This document shows, one piece after another, positions 11,262 to 20,906 of a stretch of DNA of 64,000 nt. Position numbers and translations under genes: made by a program. Under the pieces are notes generated by a model that saw only the letters and a program-made list of their open reading frames with translations, was not told where the DNA came from and made no database searches. The stretch spans positions 27,183 to 91,182 of the forward strand of contig QKDN01000046.1 in the NCBI GenBank assembly GCA_003252535.1. The letters run 5' to 3'. This stretch comes from Campylobacterota bacterium. Lineage in GTDB: Bacteria; Campylobacterota; Campylobacteria; Campylobacterales; Sulfurovaceae. Position 1 is the first letter of the stretch. Each line of letters opens with the position of its first letter.

Positions 11262-12260
11262 ATGAGAAAAATTAAAATCGCCCCGTTCATGCCTACTGAG
11301 GTTGAAGTCAATGAGGTCTCTGCCAACAGGGCGGAGATTATTGCTTATCCTTTTGAGAGCGGATATGCCGTTACTTTGGCCCACCCGCTTCGAAGATTGA
11401 TTTTGAGTAGCTCAATTGGTTATGCTCCTATCTCTGTGAAGATCGACGGTGCAGCTCATGAGTTCGATAATGTCAGAGGTATGCATGAAGATGTTGCCGT
11501 TTTTATCATCAATCTCAAGAACATCCGTTTCAAGATCAAAGATGAGAGCGACAGAGTAGAGGTCAGCTACTCTTTCGTCGGCCACAAGGATATCACTGCA
11601 GAAGACCTCAACAACGACAAGATCGAAGTGGTCAACGGTGATCTTCACCTTGCTACGCTCAATGAAGATGCTCAACTGAACTTTACGGTCGTGATCTCCA
11701 AAGGTATCGGCTATGTACCGAGCGAGGATCTCGAGAGTGAAGTAGAGCGTGATCATATTCCTCTCGATGCTTTCTTTACCCCGGTAAGAAAGGCCAACTA
11801 CAAGATCGAGCCGATCCTTGTAGAGGACAACCCGAACTACGAAAAGATCACATTCGATATCATGACTGACGGTCAGATCGGTCCTGTCGAGGCGTTCACC
11901 AACGCTCTTGAGACGATGAACAAGCAGCTCTCCGTGTTCAACGGTGTGCTCGATGTCAATATCTCTTCGACACCGATCAAGAGAGGTGCGGATGAAGGCG
12001 AGCTCAAGCCGTTCCTTCAGAGCGTCGATGCACTCGGTCTGAGCGCAAGAAGCTTCAACTCGCTTGACCGCGCAGGTATCAAATACCTTGGCGAACTTGT
12101 ACTCATGAGCGAGAACGAGATCAGAAACATCAAAAACCTCGGTAAAAAGTCTCTTGATGAGATCAATGAGTGTCTGGAGGCTCACGGATATGGTCCGGAA
12201 TTTGAGCTGAACGAAGTTACCAGAGCAAACCTGGTAAAAAAATTAGAGCAACTAAACTAA
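11262..12260 (+). CDS. rpoA: DNA-directed RNA polymerase alpha subunit
   Basis: 332 aa, NTD dimerisation and CTD motifs; conserved position after rpsD. Confidence 0.95.
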   Translation: MRKIKIAPFMPTEVEVNEVSANRAEIIAYPFESGYAVTLAHPLRRLILSSSIGYAPISVKIDGAAHEFDNVRGMHEDVAVFIINLKNIRFKIKDESDRVEVSYSFVGHKDITAEDLNNDKIEVVNGDLHLATLNEDAQLNFTVVISKGIGYVPSEDLESEVERDHIPLDAFFTPVRKANYKIEPILVEDNPNYEKITFDIMTDGQIGPVEAFTNALETMNKQLSVFNGVLDVNISSTPIKRGADEGELKPFLQSVDALGLSARSFNSLDRAGIKYLGELVLMSENEIRNIKNLGKKSLDEINECLEAHGYGPEFELNEVTRANLVKKLEQLN

Positions 12261-12272
12261 TAAAGGATTCCC

Positions 12273-12623
12273 ATGAGACATAAACATGGATATCGTAAGC
12301 TTACGAGAACATCTTCTCACAGAGCTGCACTTTTGAAAAACCTCTCTATCGCTTTGACAAAAGAGGGCAAGATCGAAACAACTTTGCCAAAAGCAAAAGA
12401 GCTTAGAAGATACTATGAGAGACTTATCACCAAGGCGTCAGCAGGTGATTTCAACGCTCACAGAGCTATCTTCGCTATGCTTCAGGACAAAGAGTGCACC
12501 AAGAAGCTCGTAGAAGAGATCGCACCGAGCTACGCTGAAAGAAGCGGCGGTTATACACGTATCATCAAAACTCGTATGAGAAGAGGTGATGCGGCTCCGA
12601 TGGCTATCATCGAACTCGTATAA
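12273..12623 (+). CDS. rplQ: 50S ribosomal protein L17
   Basis: 116 aa canonical L17. Confidence 0.95.
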   Translation: MRHKHGYRKLTRTSSHRAALLKNLSIALTKEGKIETTLPKAKELRRYYERLITKASAGDFNAHRAIFAMLQDKECTKKLVEEIAPSYAERSGGYTRIIKTRMRRGDAAPMAIIELV

Positions 12624-12634
12624 TTTCCCTTTTC

Positions 12635-12662
12635 GTCTGTCCGGCTCCGGTCGGGACAGAAC
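12635..12662. terminator. putative bidirectional rho-independent terminator between convergent rplQ and GGDEF gene
   Basis: GTCTGTCC-GGCTCCGGTCGG-GACAGA hairpin directly after rplQ stop, followed by T-rich stretch. Confidence 0.45.
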
Positions 12663-12715
12663 TCCATTTATTACAATCCCTCCCTTACAAACCCACTCCC
12701 TGAACAAGATATCTT

Positions 12716-14464
12716 CTAATCAGCAATCACTACACTGTTTCGGCCGCTGTTTTTGGCCTTGTAAAGAGCATTGTCGGTCCTTTTTAAAAGTTGGCGTGCT
12801 TCTTCGTCGATCTGATATTCGGCCAGACCCATACTCAGGGTGATATGGATATCGGTACCGAATGTATCTTCGGCGATGGCCTTTCTGATACGTTCGGCGA
12901 TATGGTATGCCCCATCCAGATTAGTATCCGGAAGGATGATGATGAACTCTTCGCCGCCGAACCGTGCAAAAATATCTTCTTCTCGAATCATTTTCTGTAT
13001 ATTTTTCGCCACTTCAATGAGAACTATATCACCGGTATCATGACCGTAAGTGTCGTTGACGTTCTTGAAGTGATCAAGATCGAGAAGGATCAATGAGAAA
13101 TGGAGATAGTGACGGTTCGCTCTGTGCATCTCTTTTTTCAGCATCATGTTGAAAGCATAGCGGTTGAGTATACCTGTAAGGGAATCTGTGGATGCGATGT
13201 TCTCCATCTGCTTATAAGCTTTTGTGAGTTCGTGCGTCCTTTTCTCCACGGTCTCTTCAAGTGAACGGTTGAGCATACTGAGCTGACGGTTCTTTGCGCT
13301 GATGGTAGTATGATAGTGCCGCAGCCGCCTACGGAGAATAACGGACAACTGGTACGAACCGAGCAGCGATACGGCTACAAGCAGTATACTGATCAACAGC
13401 AGCTCCTTGACCTGTGCCTGGTGCGCTGTGTAGAGCTGGTTTTTTCTTTTTTTGATCCGGTTTGCAAGCTCCCCTTTGTAATAGCCGGTGGCGATCACCC
13501 AACCGTTTGTCCTGAGCTGACGGATATAGGTATGTTTCACATCTTTCTGGCCATGAGAAGGGTTCTCCCAGAGGTAGGAGACGAATTTGCCTTTTTTCGA
13601 AAGTGGGTCGTTGTAGATATCATTATAAAGATCTTTGTTCATTCTCTCTTTGAGTGCGAGGATATTGGTACCAACGAGTGACTGGTCATACCCGTGCATG
13701 ATGATCTTGCCCGATTCGTCGAGGACGAAGAAATACTGCTCTTTCGGGGATGCGAAATTACGCACAAAGTCGAACAGGCTGTATGCTATCTCTTTTTGCG
13801 TCGTATCGATGTATTCAGCCGAGCCCATATACCAGTCGAAGCCGTCAAAACGCCTGATATAGGCGAGCTGCTTGTACTGGAGGTTCATTGCATGGCCAGG
13901 TCTGGTGAAGGTATCCCAGAGATAGCCTTCCCCTTCGCTTTTTGCCAATGCGATCTCTTCACGGATGACATAACGTCCTGTAGCATCCTGGAAATCGATG
14001 ATACTTTTACCCTCCTGCTGACGGAGATAGGTTGGGGCAAGTTGGAAAACACCGTTGAAATCGAGAATAAAGATAAAGCTCTCGCCGTCGTTCCAGGTAA
14101 GAGGACGCAGGGAGTTGATAATGTCCTTTTTGATCTCGTCGATACTTTTGACGCCCTTGTATTCATCATAAATGTTTTTTGCGATACTGTAGGCGACATC
14201 TACACGAGCCTTGACCTTTTCCTGAAGTATCTTGTTGGCCATAGATTGTTTGTACTCGATCAGGTTGACGATACTGTTGACCTGTGAGATGATGACCTCC
14301 CTTCTAGTTTCGGTCACGGAAGCCTCCATCTGTTCGACGGAGTTGGCGAACTGCGTATGATTTGCATGGATCATGAGGGCAAAGATCATGATAACGACTG
14401 TAGGGATAAAGATGAAAGGTGCATAGGTGATGATCTGTACTATACGAGAATCATTACTGAACAT
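12716..14464 (-). CDS. diguanylate cyclase with periplasmic double-Cache sensor domain
   Basis: 582 aa; N-terminal TM, periplasmic Cache-like region, second TM, C-terminal GGDEF domain (RFGGEEF motif). Confidence 0.85.
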   Translation of the reverse strand: MFSNDSRIVQIITYAPFIFIPTVVIMIFALMIHANHTQFANSVEQMEASVTETRREVIISQVNSIVNLIEYKQSMANKILQEKVKARVDVAYSIAKNIYDEYKGVKSIDEIKKDIINSLRPLTWNDGESFIFILDFNGVFQLAPTYLRQQEGKSIIDFQDATGRYVIREEIALAKSEGEGYLWDTFTRPGHAMNLQYKQLAYIRRFDGFDWYMGSAEYIDTTQKEIAYSLFDFVRNFASPKEQYFFVLDESGKIIMHGYDQSLVGTNILALKERMNKDLYNDIYNDPLSKKGKFVSYLWENPSHGQKDVKHTYIRQLRTNGWVIATGYYKGELANRIKKRKNQLYTAHQAQVKELLLISILLVAVSLLGSYQLSVILRRRLRHYHTTISAKNRQLSMLNRSLEETVEKRTHELTKAYKQMENIASTDSLTGILNRYAFNMMLKKEMHRANRHYLHFSLILLDLDHFKNVNDTYGHDTGDIVLIEVAKNIQKMIREEDIFARFGGEEFIIILPDTNLDGAYHIAERIRKAIAEDTFGTDIHITLSMGLAEYQIDEEARQLLKRTDNALYKAKNSGRNSVVIAD

Positions 14465-14602
14465 AGTTATCCCTTTTTACTTAGTATAGCAAGATGAATT
14501 ACCAAAATGCAAGAGATAAATTGAAATTATTCATTGTGAAAAGAAAAACAAACAGAAGCACTGTGTACAAGATTCATATGGACCGGGCTACGATCCCGGA
14601 AA

Positions 14603-17212
14603 CTAGTTCCGGGTGAAAAGCGAGAACGGCTGCGGGTAGAGATCGATAGCCAGCTGGCCGCTGCTGTTGTATCCCCATGCCCAGAGGGAACCGTCGCTCT
14701 TGATGGCGAGGGTGTGTTGGTACCCGGCATATACGCCGATCCAGTCGGTGTCGTTGCCTATCTGTACCGGGGAGTGACGCTCACTCTTCGTACCGTCGCC
14801 AAGCTGTCCGTAGTTATTACGACCCCATGCCCAGAGAGTGCCGTTATTCTTGATAGCTACGGTGTGGAATTGACCTCCTGAAGTAGCATTCCAGTCGGTA
14901 CCGATGCCAACCTGCACAGGCTCATTGCGACTGATGTTCGTATCATCGCCGAGCTGGCCGTAGTCGTTATTTCCCCATGTCCAGAGAGTACCGTTCTTTT
15001 TGAGCGCGATGACATGATCGGAACCTGATGATACACTGAGCCAACCAGAGCCTAAACCGGTATCTTTGGGTATCAGACTGTCAGAGTATGTCCCATCACC
15101 AAACTGTCCTTCGCTATTGTCCCCCCATGCATAGATAAACTGCTCCCAGACAGCAATAGAGTGGGCGCGTCCTGTCGCAACACTGTCCCAGATGACATGA
15201 GTTCCGTTTTGAACCGGGATATTGCTGTCGGTTGTAGAGTTATTGCCCAGCTGACCGTAATGGTTGTATCCCCACGCACGGGCAAAACCGTTGAGGGTAT
15301 GTGAATCCCCTGCAGCAATATCTTTCACCAAAAGGCCTGTATCATCGATAAATACCGGAGCCGTACGGTCTGTATTAGAGCCGTCGCCGACCTGGCCGTA
15401 CCAGTTGTCTCCCCATGCCCATATCTCATTAGTGCTTTTGCAGGCGACATTATGATACTTCCCTGCTGCGATACTAACCCATGTATCATCGCTTCCGACC
15501 TGAACAGGGTGATAATGCTGCGTCTTGCTTCCATCGCCGAGTTGTCCGTTGCTATTGTACCCCCATGCCCACAGTGTACCGTCATTCCTGATGGCAAGCG
15601 TATGGCTGCTCCCACCGTCTGCGCGCAGCCACTCGCTTTTTGTAAATTCCTGCTTCGGTGAGAGGCTGCCTATGGGGAGACTGTTGCCCAGCTGTCCGTA
15701 ATTGCTGTAACCCCATACGACAAGCGTACCGTTGCGTTTGACCGATATTGTATGGGAGATTCCCGAAGCGAGCGTGCTCCAGTCGTTCGCGCTCCCCACC
15801 TGTACGGGTGAGTTGTGATCGGTCATACTCTCATCGCCGAGCTGTCCGTAATTATTGTGACCCCACGCCCAGAGGGTAGCATTGGTTTTGACGGCAAATG
15901 TATGGTAGGAGCCGACGGCGAAATCACTCCAGTCGGTATCGACGCCGATCTGAACCGGGGTATCGCGATCGGTCGTCGAAGTATCCCCGATCTGTCCGTA
16001 TTCGTTAGATCCCCATCCCCAGAGAGAGCTGCCGCTTTTGATCGCAATGGTATGGCTCGCTCCTGCACTCACCGTGCGCCAGTCGGTATCGGCGCCCACC
16101 TGGACGGGGGCATTACGGCTGGTAGTGGAGCTGTCACCGAGCTGACCGTAGAAGTTGTATCCCCAAGCCCAGAGAGAACCGTCAGTTTTGATCGCGAGAG
16201 AATGGAAATCCCCCGCCGTAGCGCTGCGCCAGTCGCTTGCACTGCCTACTTGTACAGGAGCATTATGGTTGGTATTCGTCCCGTCGCCAAGCTGACCGTA
16301 AAAGTTGTATCCCCAGGCCCAGAGAGTACCGTCTGCCCTGAGCGCGACAGAGAAGGAGTACCCTCCGTCGACACTGCGCCAGTCGTTTGCCGTGCCGATC
16401 TGGACAGGGGTGGTGCGGTTGATATCGGTGCCGTCACCCAGCTGCCCTTTGTCGTTGAGCCCCCATGCCCAGAGAGTACCGCCTGTCTTGACCGCCAGCG
16501 TATGATATGCCCCGGTCGATACGCTGCGCCAGTCGCTCGCTGTCCCCACCTGCATAGGTGTAGAATTGCTTGTTCGTGTCCCGTCGCCGAGTTGTCCGTA
16601 ATTGTTGTATCCCCATGTCCAGAGTGTACCGTCACTCTTGACCGCAGCAGTGTGGTAGTTTCCTGCGGCGATATGCTTCCAGTAGAGGGAGTGGATCGAG
16701 ACAGAGATATCGACCGTGGCTACACCGTCGGAGATCGTGAAAGTACAGATGTCGGTGGCATTGGTCTCGACAATCTTGTGGTAGCTGACCGTATCGCCCG
16801 TGACGCTGCATGTACCGTAGCTTCCGTTGGTCTTGAGGGCGATGGTGAGGGTGTCGCCGTCATCGTCGCTCGCTGCCGATCCTATCTTCCAGTTGCTTGT
16901 TACCGTCGATTCGTTGACATCGAGTGACATGGAATAGCCGGTTGCAGTCGGCACAGCATTGGCGGGTGTGGGCGAAGTATCGTCGGTGACATCCTGCGCC
17001 GGCTCATCCGGAAGGGTCGTATTGGCTTCATCCCCGGAGGATACGTCGGTGGCAGAGGTGTTGGTATCCGTGATCAAGGGATCCGATATGATCGTGTTGG
17101 TGGTATTGTTGGTATCGGTAGTATCCACCGAACTACCGCCCCCGCCACAGCCGGTCATCAAAGCTATCGTCATACTCAGCAGCAGACGGCGCCAAAGATT
17201 CGTTGTTTGCAT
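14603..17212 (-). CDS. RCC1-repeat (beta-propeller) lipoprotein with Thr/Asp-rich linker and Ig-like domain
   Basis: 869 aa; lipobox LMTGC; about 13 tandem approx 50-aa repeats WAWGxNxYGQLGDGT typical of RCC1/ATS1 family; GC-rich. Confidence 0.8.
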   Translation of the reverse strand: MQTTNLWRRLLLSMTIALMTGCGGGGSSVDTTDTNNTTNTIISDPLITDTNTSATDVSSGDEANTTLPDEPAQDVTDDTSPTPANAVPTATGYSMSLDVNESTVTSNWKIGSAASDDDGDTLTIALKTNGSYGTCSVTGDTVSYHKIVETNATDICTFTISDGVATVDISVSIHSLYWKHIAAGNYHTAAVKSDGTLWTWGYNNYGQLGDGTRTSNSTPMQVGTASDWRSVSTGAYHTLAVKTGGTLWAWGLNDKGQLGDGTDINRTTPVQIGTANDWRSVDGGYSFSVALRADGTLWAWGYNFYGQLGDGTNTNHNAPVQVGSASDWRSATAGDFHSLAIKTDGSLWAWGYNFYGQLGDSSTTSRNAPVQVGADTDWRTVSAGASHTIAIKSGSSLWGWGSNEYGQIGDTSTTDRDTPVQIGVDTDWSDFAVGSYHTFAVKTNATLWAWGHNNYGQLGDESMTDHNSPVQVGSANDWSTLASGISHTISVKRNGTLVVWGYSNYGQLGNSLPIGSLSPKQEFTKSEWLRADGGSSHTLAIRNDGTLWAWGYNSNGQLGDGSKTQHYHPVQVGSDDTWVSIAAGKYHNVACKSTNEIWAWGDNWYGQVGDGSNTDRTAPVFIDDTGLLVKDIAAGDSHTLNGFARAWGYNHYGQLGNNSTTDSNIPVQNGTHVIWDSVATGRAHSIAVWEQFIYAWGDNSEGQFGDGTYSDSLIPKDTGLGSGWLSVSSGSDHVIALKKNGTLWTWGNNDYGQLGDDTNISRNEPVQVGIGTDWNATSGGQFHTVAIKNNGTLWAWGRNNYGQLGDGTKSERHSPVQIGNDTDWIGVYAGYQHTLAIKSDGSLWAWGYNSSGQLAIDLYPQPFSLFTRN

Positions 17213-17350
17213 CCTTGCTCCTTATGTGCACTCTATACATTGTACTGAAAAAAAGTTTCATTTCGATGGTTGATTCAAAAATTAGAGAAATTTATTTGTC
17301 ACCCGCCAAAAATTAATTCATCGATGTCAAAAAATACTAGCACATATGAG

Positions 17351-18646
17351 TTAAAAGGAAAATCTACAATCTGCTTTGTAGACACCGTTGATAGCTCGAT
17401 ATTGGCCAGTGCTTGTCGGATATACCCTATGGGCAAACCCATGGGGGGTGGCAACAATATCTACGTGAGTGCAGGCATCGTAAGTTGGTTGGGTGACTAT
17501 GGACATCGCAGGTGTCTTCCGCATAGGTCTTGAGAAACTCATATTTGTGGTCAATTGTGCAAACCCTCCCGCAAGTCCGTACAGGAAGCCATATCCTTTT
17601 CCATGTGCGTATCCCTGCCAAACATAGGTGGTAATCTCTTCTAATGCTTCTGAATATGTTTTGACAATGGGTGAAACATACCTATCCGTGAGAGTCAATG
17701 CAAAGTCGGTCATATAGATGGTATCGTTGGAAGAGGCTGTAGAGATTGTGATATAAAACCCATTTTCAAAATTTTCATAGTCATTTGAATCGAGTGTGAT
17801 TGTCAAAAGACCATCAGCACTTATAGTGGCTGTCGTAAAATACCGAGTTGTTGTAGAGGGGTTGTCTACAGCACCAAATGTACTGATGGAGAGAGTGGCA
17901 CTTGCAATAGAACCCCTTTGGAATAAGGTAGAAACGGTAAATTTCTTTCCTTTGAATTTTTTAGCAATATCACTGTCAAAGAACTGCCTGATCGAAGATG
18001 ACGTAGCTGTAGTGTGTGTGATCACAATGGCATTTTTGTCGGTCCCCGGGAATGTCCCTTTTGTGGCAGTTGAACCACTGTTCCCCGTCACAAAATATAC
18101 ATCGGCGACATATTTCGTACTGTTGTCAGCGGTCCAGGTAGTATTCCCTTCCTGCCATACATCCATATGCGGATTGAGTGCATAATTGAATGTATGAATA
18201 TTTTGTTCAATATATGTTACCAGTGTTGAGATATATGTTTGTGTGTATGCCATCGCTATCCAGTCATCTACACCAGCAGCCGGTGGATTGGATGAACCTG
18301 AGTGCGTATACCATAGGATATCAGCGGCCAGCACGACCGTCTCCGGTGCTACAGTACCGCTCCCCGTATAGTTGGGATCGTAGCTGCCGTTTGCCAGCGC
18401 CTGGACTATAGCCGTACTCGACACGACCTCAGCGTGCTTGGTATCGATATCCGCACTTGCAGCATTGATACCGGTGATGACCGCTTGCAGCTTTGAGATG
18501 AATGCGGTGATCTCCGGCAGGATGGTCGTTTTCCAGTAGCTCAGCCAGCCGCTTGCTTTGGAGTTGAATGTCGTTTTCCCCTCGGCGATGAGCGGCACAT
18601 CAGGGGCATCGGTAAATTCATGATCTATTTGGTCTATTTGTGGCAT
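17351..18646 (-). CDS. phage tail fibre / receptor-binding protein, paralog 1
   Basis: Start taken at MPQIDQIDHEF (RBS AAGGAG upstream); first about 100 aa identical to next gene, C-terminus divergent, Ser/Thr-rich. Confidence 0.6.
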   Translation of the reverse strand: MPQIDQIDHEFTDAPDVPLIAEGKTTFNSKASGWLSYWKTTILPEITAFISKLQAVITGINAASADIDTKHAEVVSSTAIVQALANGSYDPNYTGSGTVAPETVVLAADILWYTHSGSSNPPAAGVDDWIAMAYTQTYISTLVTYIEQNIHTFNYALNPHMDVWQEGNTTWTADNSTKYVADVYFVTGNSGSTATKGTFPGTDKNAIVITHTTATSSSIRQFFDSDIAKKFKGKKFTVSTLFQRGSIASATLSISTFGAVDNPSTTTRYFTTATISADGLLTITLDSNDYENFENGFYITISTASSNDTIYMTDFALTLTDRYVSPIVKTYSEALEEITTYVWQGYAHGKGYGFLYGLAGGFAQLTTNMSFSRPMRKTPAMSIVTQPTYDACTHVDIVATPHGFAHRVYPTSTGQYRAINGVYKADCRFSF

Positions 18647-18690
18647 TTTTTTCTCCTTAGTATGATTGGATGAAGCTCTCTCGAAGAGGC
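18393..18690. repeat. direct repeat copy A (5' end of tail fibre gene plus about 40 bp upstream), about 90% identical to 19711..20010
   Basis: Direct nucleotide comparison of the two regions in this window. Confidence 0.85.
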
Positions 18691-18797
18691 ATTTGATACA
18701 CCTCTTCAAATGAAGTGTAGTTTCTGAGCCAAGAAATGACTCGAACTCAATATCTTGAAACTCTCAGTTCGCAACGATAAGTTGTGTCATTCTCATG

Positions 18798-19964
18798 CTA
18801 CACTGCGGTGATAGTGCATTGGCGATCAGAACCAATGCCGGGATGTGGTTGACTGTAGTTAGCGATTGCCATAGTAATAGTCAAGGTCGTACTCTCTCCT
18901 GAGGAAAGTGCGGATGTATCAATGGTAGTCGATGTAGTAGTATCACCAACACCAATCGTGACATAACCGTCTCCTCCATCGAAGATAATATAAGATTCAC
19001 CCAGTGATGGCGCATGACCCAATGCTAATGATACATCAACAGATTGTGTCCCTGCCGGTATCTGTATATCCGTTACAGGGAAGTACGCTTCGTAGGGCAT
19101 ATATTCGTCTCCTACTTCAACTGTGATATTGAAGTCGACATCGATGAGGTTCGTTGCTACTACCGGCTTAAAAAAGGTGTACACTTTGGCACTATCGACG
19201 AAGATGAACTGGTTTATCAGTTTTGCCGTATCCACTGATGAGAACGGTGCTGACATTGAGGTGGCTGGGCCGACAGTACCAACAGATTTTTCTGTATATT
19301 TGATATGACCGAATACACCGAGGTCGTGAGCAATCTTTAATATGTCGAGATTCGCATAGTACACAGTTCCGGCGACGAGATTCTGACTGTACGTGACAGA
19401 AAAGCTCCCCGTGATCTGGCAAAATGTACCCTGTCTGATAAGTCTCAAATCTACTTTATGTAGGTACTTTTCGGTTCCGGAAGGGGCTGATATGTCGAGA
19501 ATATCACTATTGCCATATTCTATAAGATAGCTCTCCGAATAGAATCTTGCTTCTCTCATGACGGGTGACACCATGATCCAGTCCACGCTTGATATGTTGG
19601 GCACATCTTCCGTACCGTTCGGCGTGTACCATATCGCGTCGTTGTATGATACTGTCGTATTCGCTGCCACGGTGCCGCTTCCTACATAGTTCGGCATGTA
19701 AGTACCATTCGCCAGCGCCTGGACTATAGCCGTACTCGACACGACCTCAGCGTGCTTGGTATCGATATCCGCGCTGGCTGCATTGATACCGGTGATGACA
19801 TCGCGCAGTTTCGAGATGAATGCGGTGATCTCCGGCAGGATGATTGTCTTCCAGTAGGTCAGCCAGCCGCTTGCTTTGGAGTTGAATGTCGTTTTTCCCT
19901 CGGCGATGAGCGGCACATCAGGGGCATCGGTAAATTCATGGTCTATTTGGTCTATTTGTGGCAT
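18798..19964 (-). CDS. phage tail fibre / receptor-binding protein, paralog 2
   Basis: Start at MPQIDQIDHEF; N-terminal about 100 aa identical to paralog 1; distinct C-terminal domain. Confidence 0.6.
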   Translation of the reverse strand: MPQIDQIDHEFTDAPDVPLIAEGKTTFNSKASGWLTYWKTIILPEITAFISKLRDVITGINAASADIDTKHAEVVSSTAIVQALANGTYMPNYVGSGTVAANTTVSYNDAIWYTPNGTEDVPNISSVDWIMVSPVMREARFYSESYLIEYGNSDILDISAPSGTEKYLHKVDLRLIRQGTFCQITGSFSVTYSQNLVAGTVYYANLDILKIAHDLGVFGHIKYTEKSVGTVGPATSMSAPFSSVDTAKLINQFIFVDSAKVYTFFKPVVATNLIDVDFNITVEVGDEYMPYEAYFPVTDIQIPAGTQSVDVSLALGHAPSLGESYIIFDGGDGYVTIGVGDTTTSTTIDTSALSSGESTTLTITMAIANYSQPHPGIGSDRQCTITAV

Positions 19965-20010
19965 TGCTGCTTCTCCTTCTAGTTTTGTTGTATGAAGCTC
20001 TCTATATCGA
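19711..20010. repeat. direct repeat copy B (see 18393..18690)
   Basis: Direct comparison; same orientation as copy A. Confidence 0.85.
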
Positions 20011-20905
20011 GTGAGCACTGCGACATCGAAGCGTTCTCATAGACCTGCACCATGGAGGTGTAGTATCCGAATTGTAAGAACGCCTCCACGCCGTCCATCA
20101 GTCTGAACATCGTCGCCTTGTTCGAGAGGCTGTCGAGCTTCTTTTTGGCAGCATCGAAGCTGTCCGAGGCAAGCTTGATATCGCAGCTGATAAGGTTGGC
20201 AAGGTCGCCTTTGACGAGCTGCACCTTCCCGAATGCATTCTTCTCCGGTTGCCGCGGATTCACCTGGGTGACCGATGCGCCAAACTGCGTACATCCGATC
20301 CCCTCTGTCCTCCCGGCGACGATAAATGCAAGCTCGGCAGTCGCAGTATCAGGCGTATGTATGATGATCTCTACTTTTTGTGAGAAATCTATAGTAAGCG
20401 GATGCGCTATGTTGGCACGAATGTCGCTGGGTACATCATATAAAAACCAATCATACAGATTGTCCGGCCCGCCATCATCGATGATGTCGTAAGTCGTATC
20501 GGCTATTATATCGCCCGTATCGTTGCGCTCAATCACCTGTACAGAGGCGCCCAGCACCCCCATGATCGCCAGCATATTGCACTTGTTACATGAGAATATC
20601 ACATGGAGATCTCCCACACAGGAACATACTGCCGTGGTCTCGCCGTGCTCGCTCATGATCTGATTGTAGGCGGTCAGCATAGCTTTAGAATTTACAGGCT
20701 GCTGTGGATACCACTTCGCAGACACGTTCGGTAGCTCAGTATCTGCTGTCGTGGTATCCTCGGTACACAGGTAGATATAGTCGTTGTATATCCTGTACTC
20801 ACCGGCTGCCACTACAGCGCCAGATACCCAGTCCGGGTATGTCTCGTCTATGGCATTGGTTTCCAGCTGCTCTATAGCCCTTGGTTCTACTACCTCAAAT
20901 TCCAT
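19979..20905 (-). CDS. phage tail structural protein, putative distal tail protein (Dit-like)
   Basis: 308 aa, located between tape measure and fibres as Dit is in siphovirus tail modules; no motif confirmation. Confidence 0.4.
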   Translation of the reverse strand: MEFEVVEPRAIEQLETNAIDETYPDWVSGAVVAAGEYRIYNDYIYLCTEDTTTADTELPNVSAKWYPQQPVNSKAMLTAYNQIMSEHGETTAVCSCVGDLHVIFSCNKCNMLAIMGVLGASVQVIERNDTGDIIADTTYDIIDDGGPDNLYDWFLYDVPSDIRANIAHPLTIDFSQKVEIIIHTPDTATAELAFIVAGRTEGIGCTQFGASVTQVNPRQPEKNAFGKVQLVKGDLANLISCDIKLASDSFDAAKKKLDSLSNKATMFRLMDGVEAFLQFGYYTSMVQVYENASMSQCSLDIESFIQQN

Positions 20906-20906
20906 C

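Noticed and set aside
17351-20018. Invertible or DGR-type fibre switching
   Set aside because: The two fibre copies are in direct orientation. No Gin-like invertase, reverse transcriptase or template repeat is detectable in the element.
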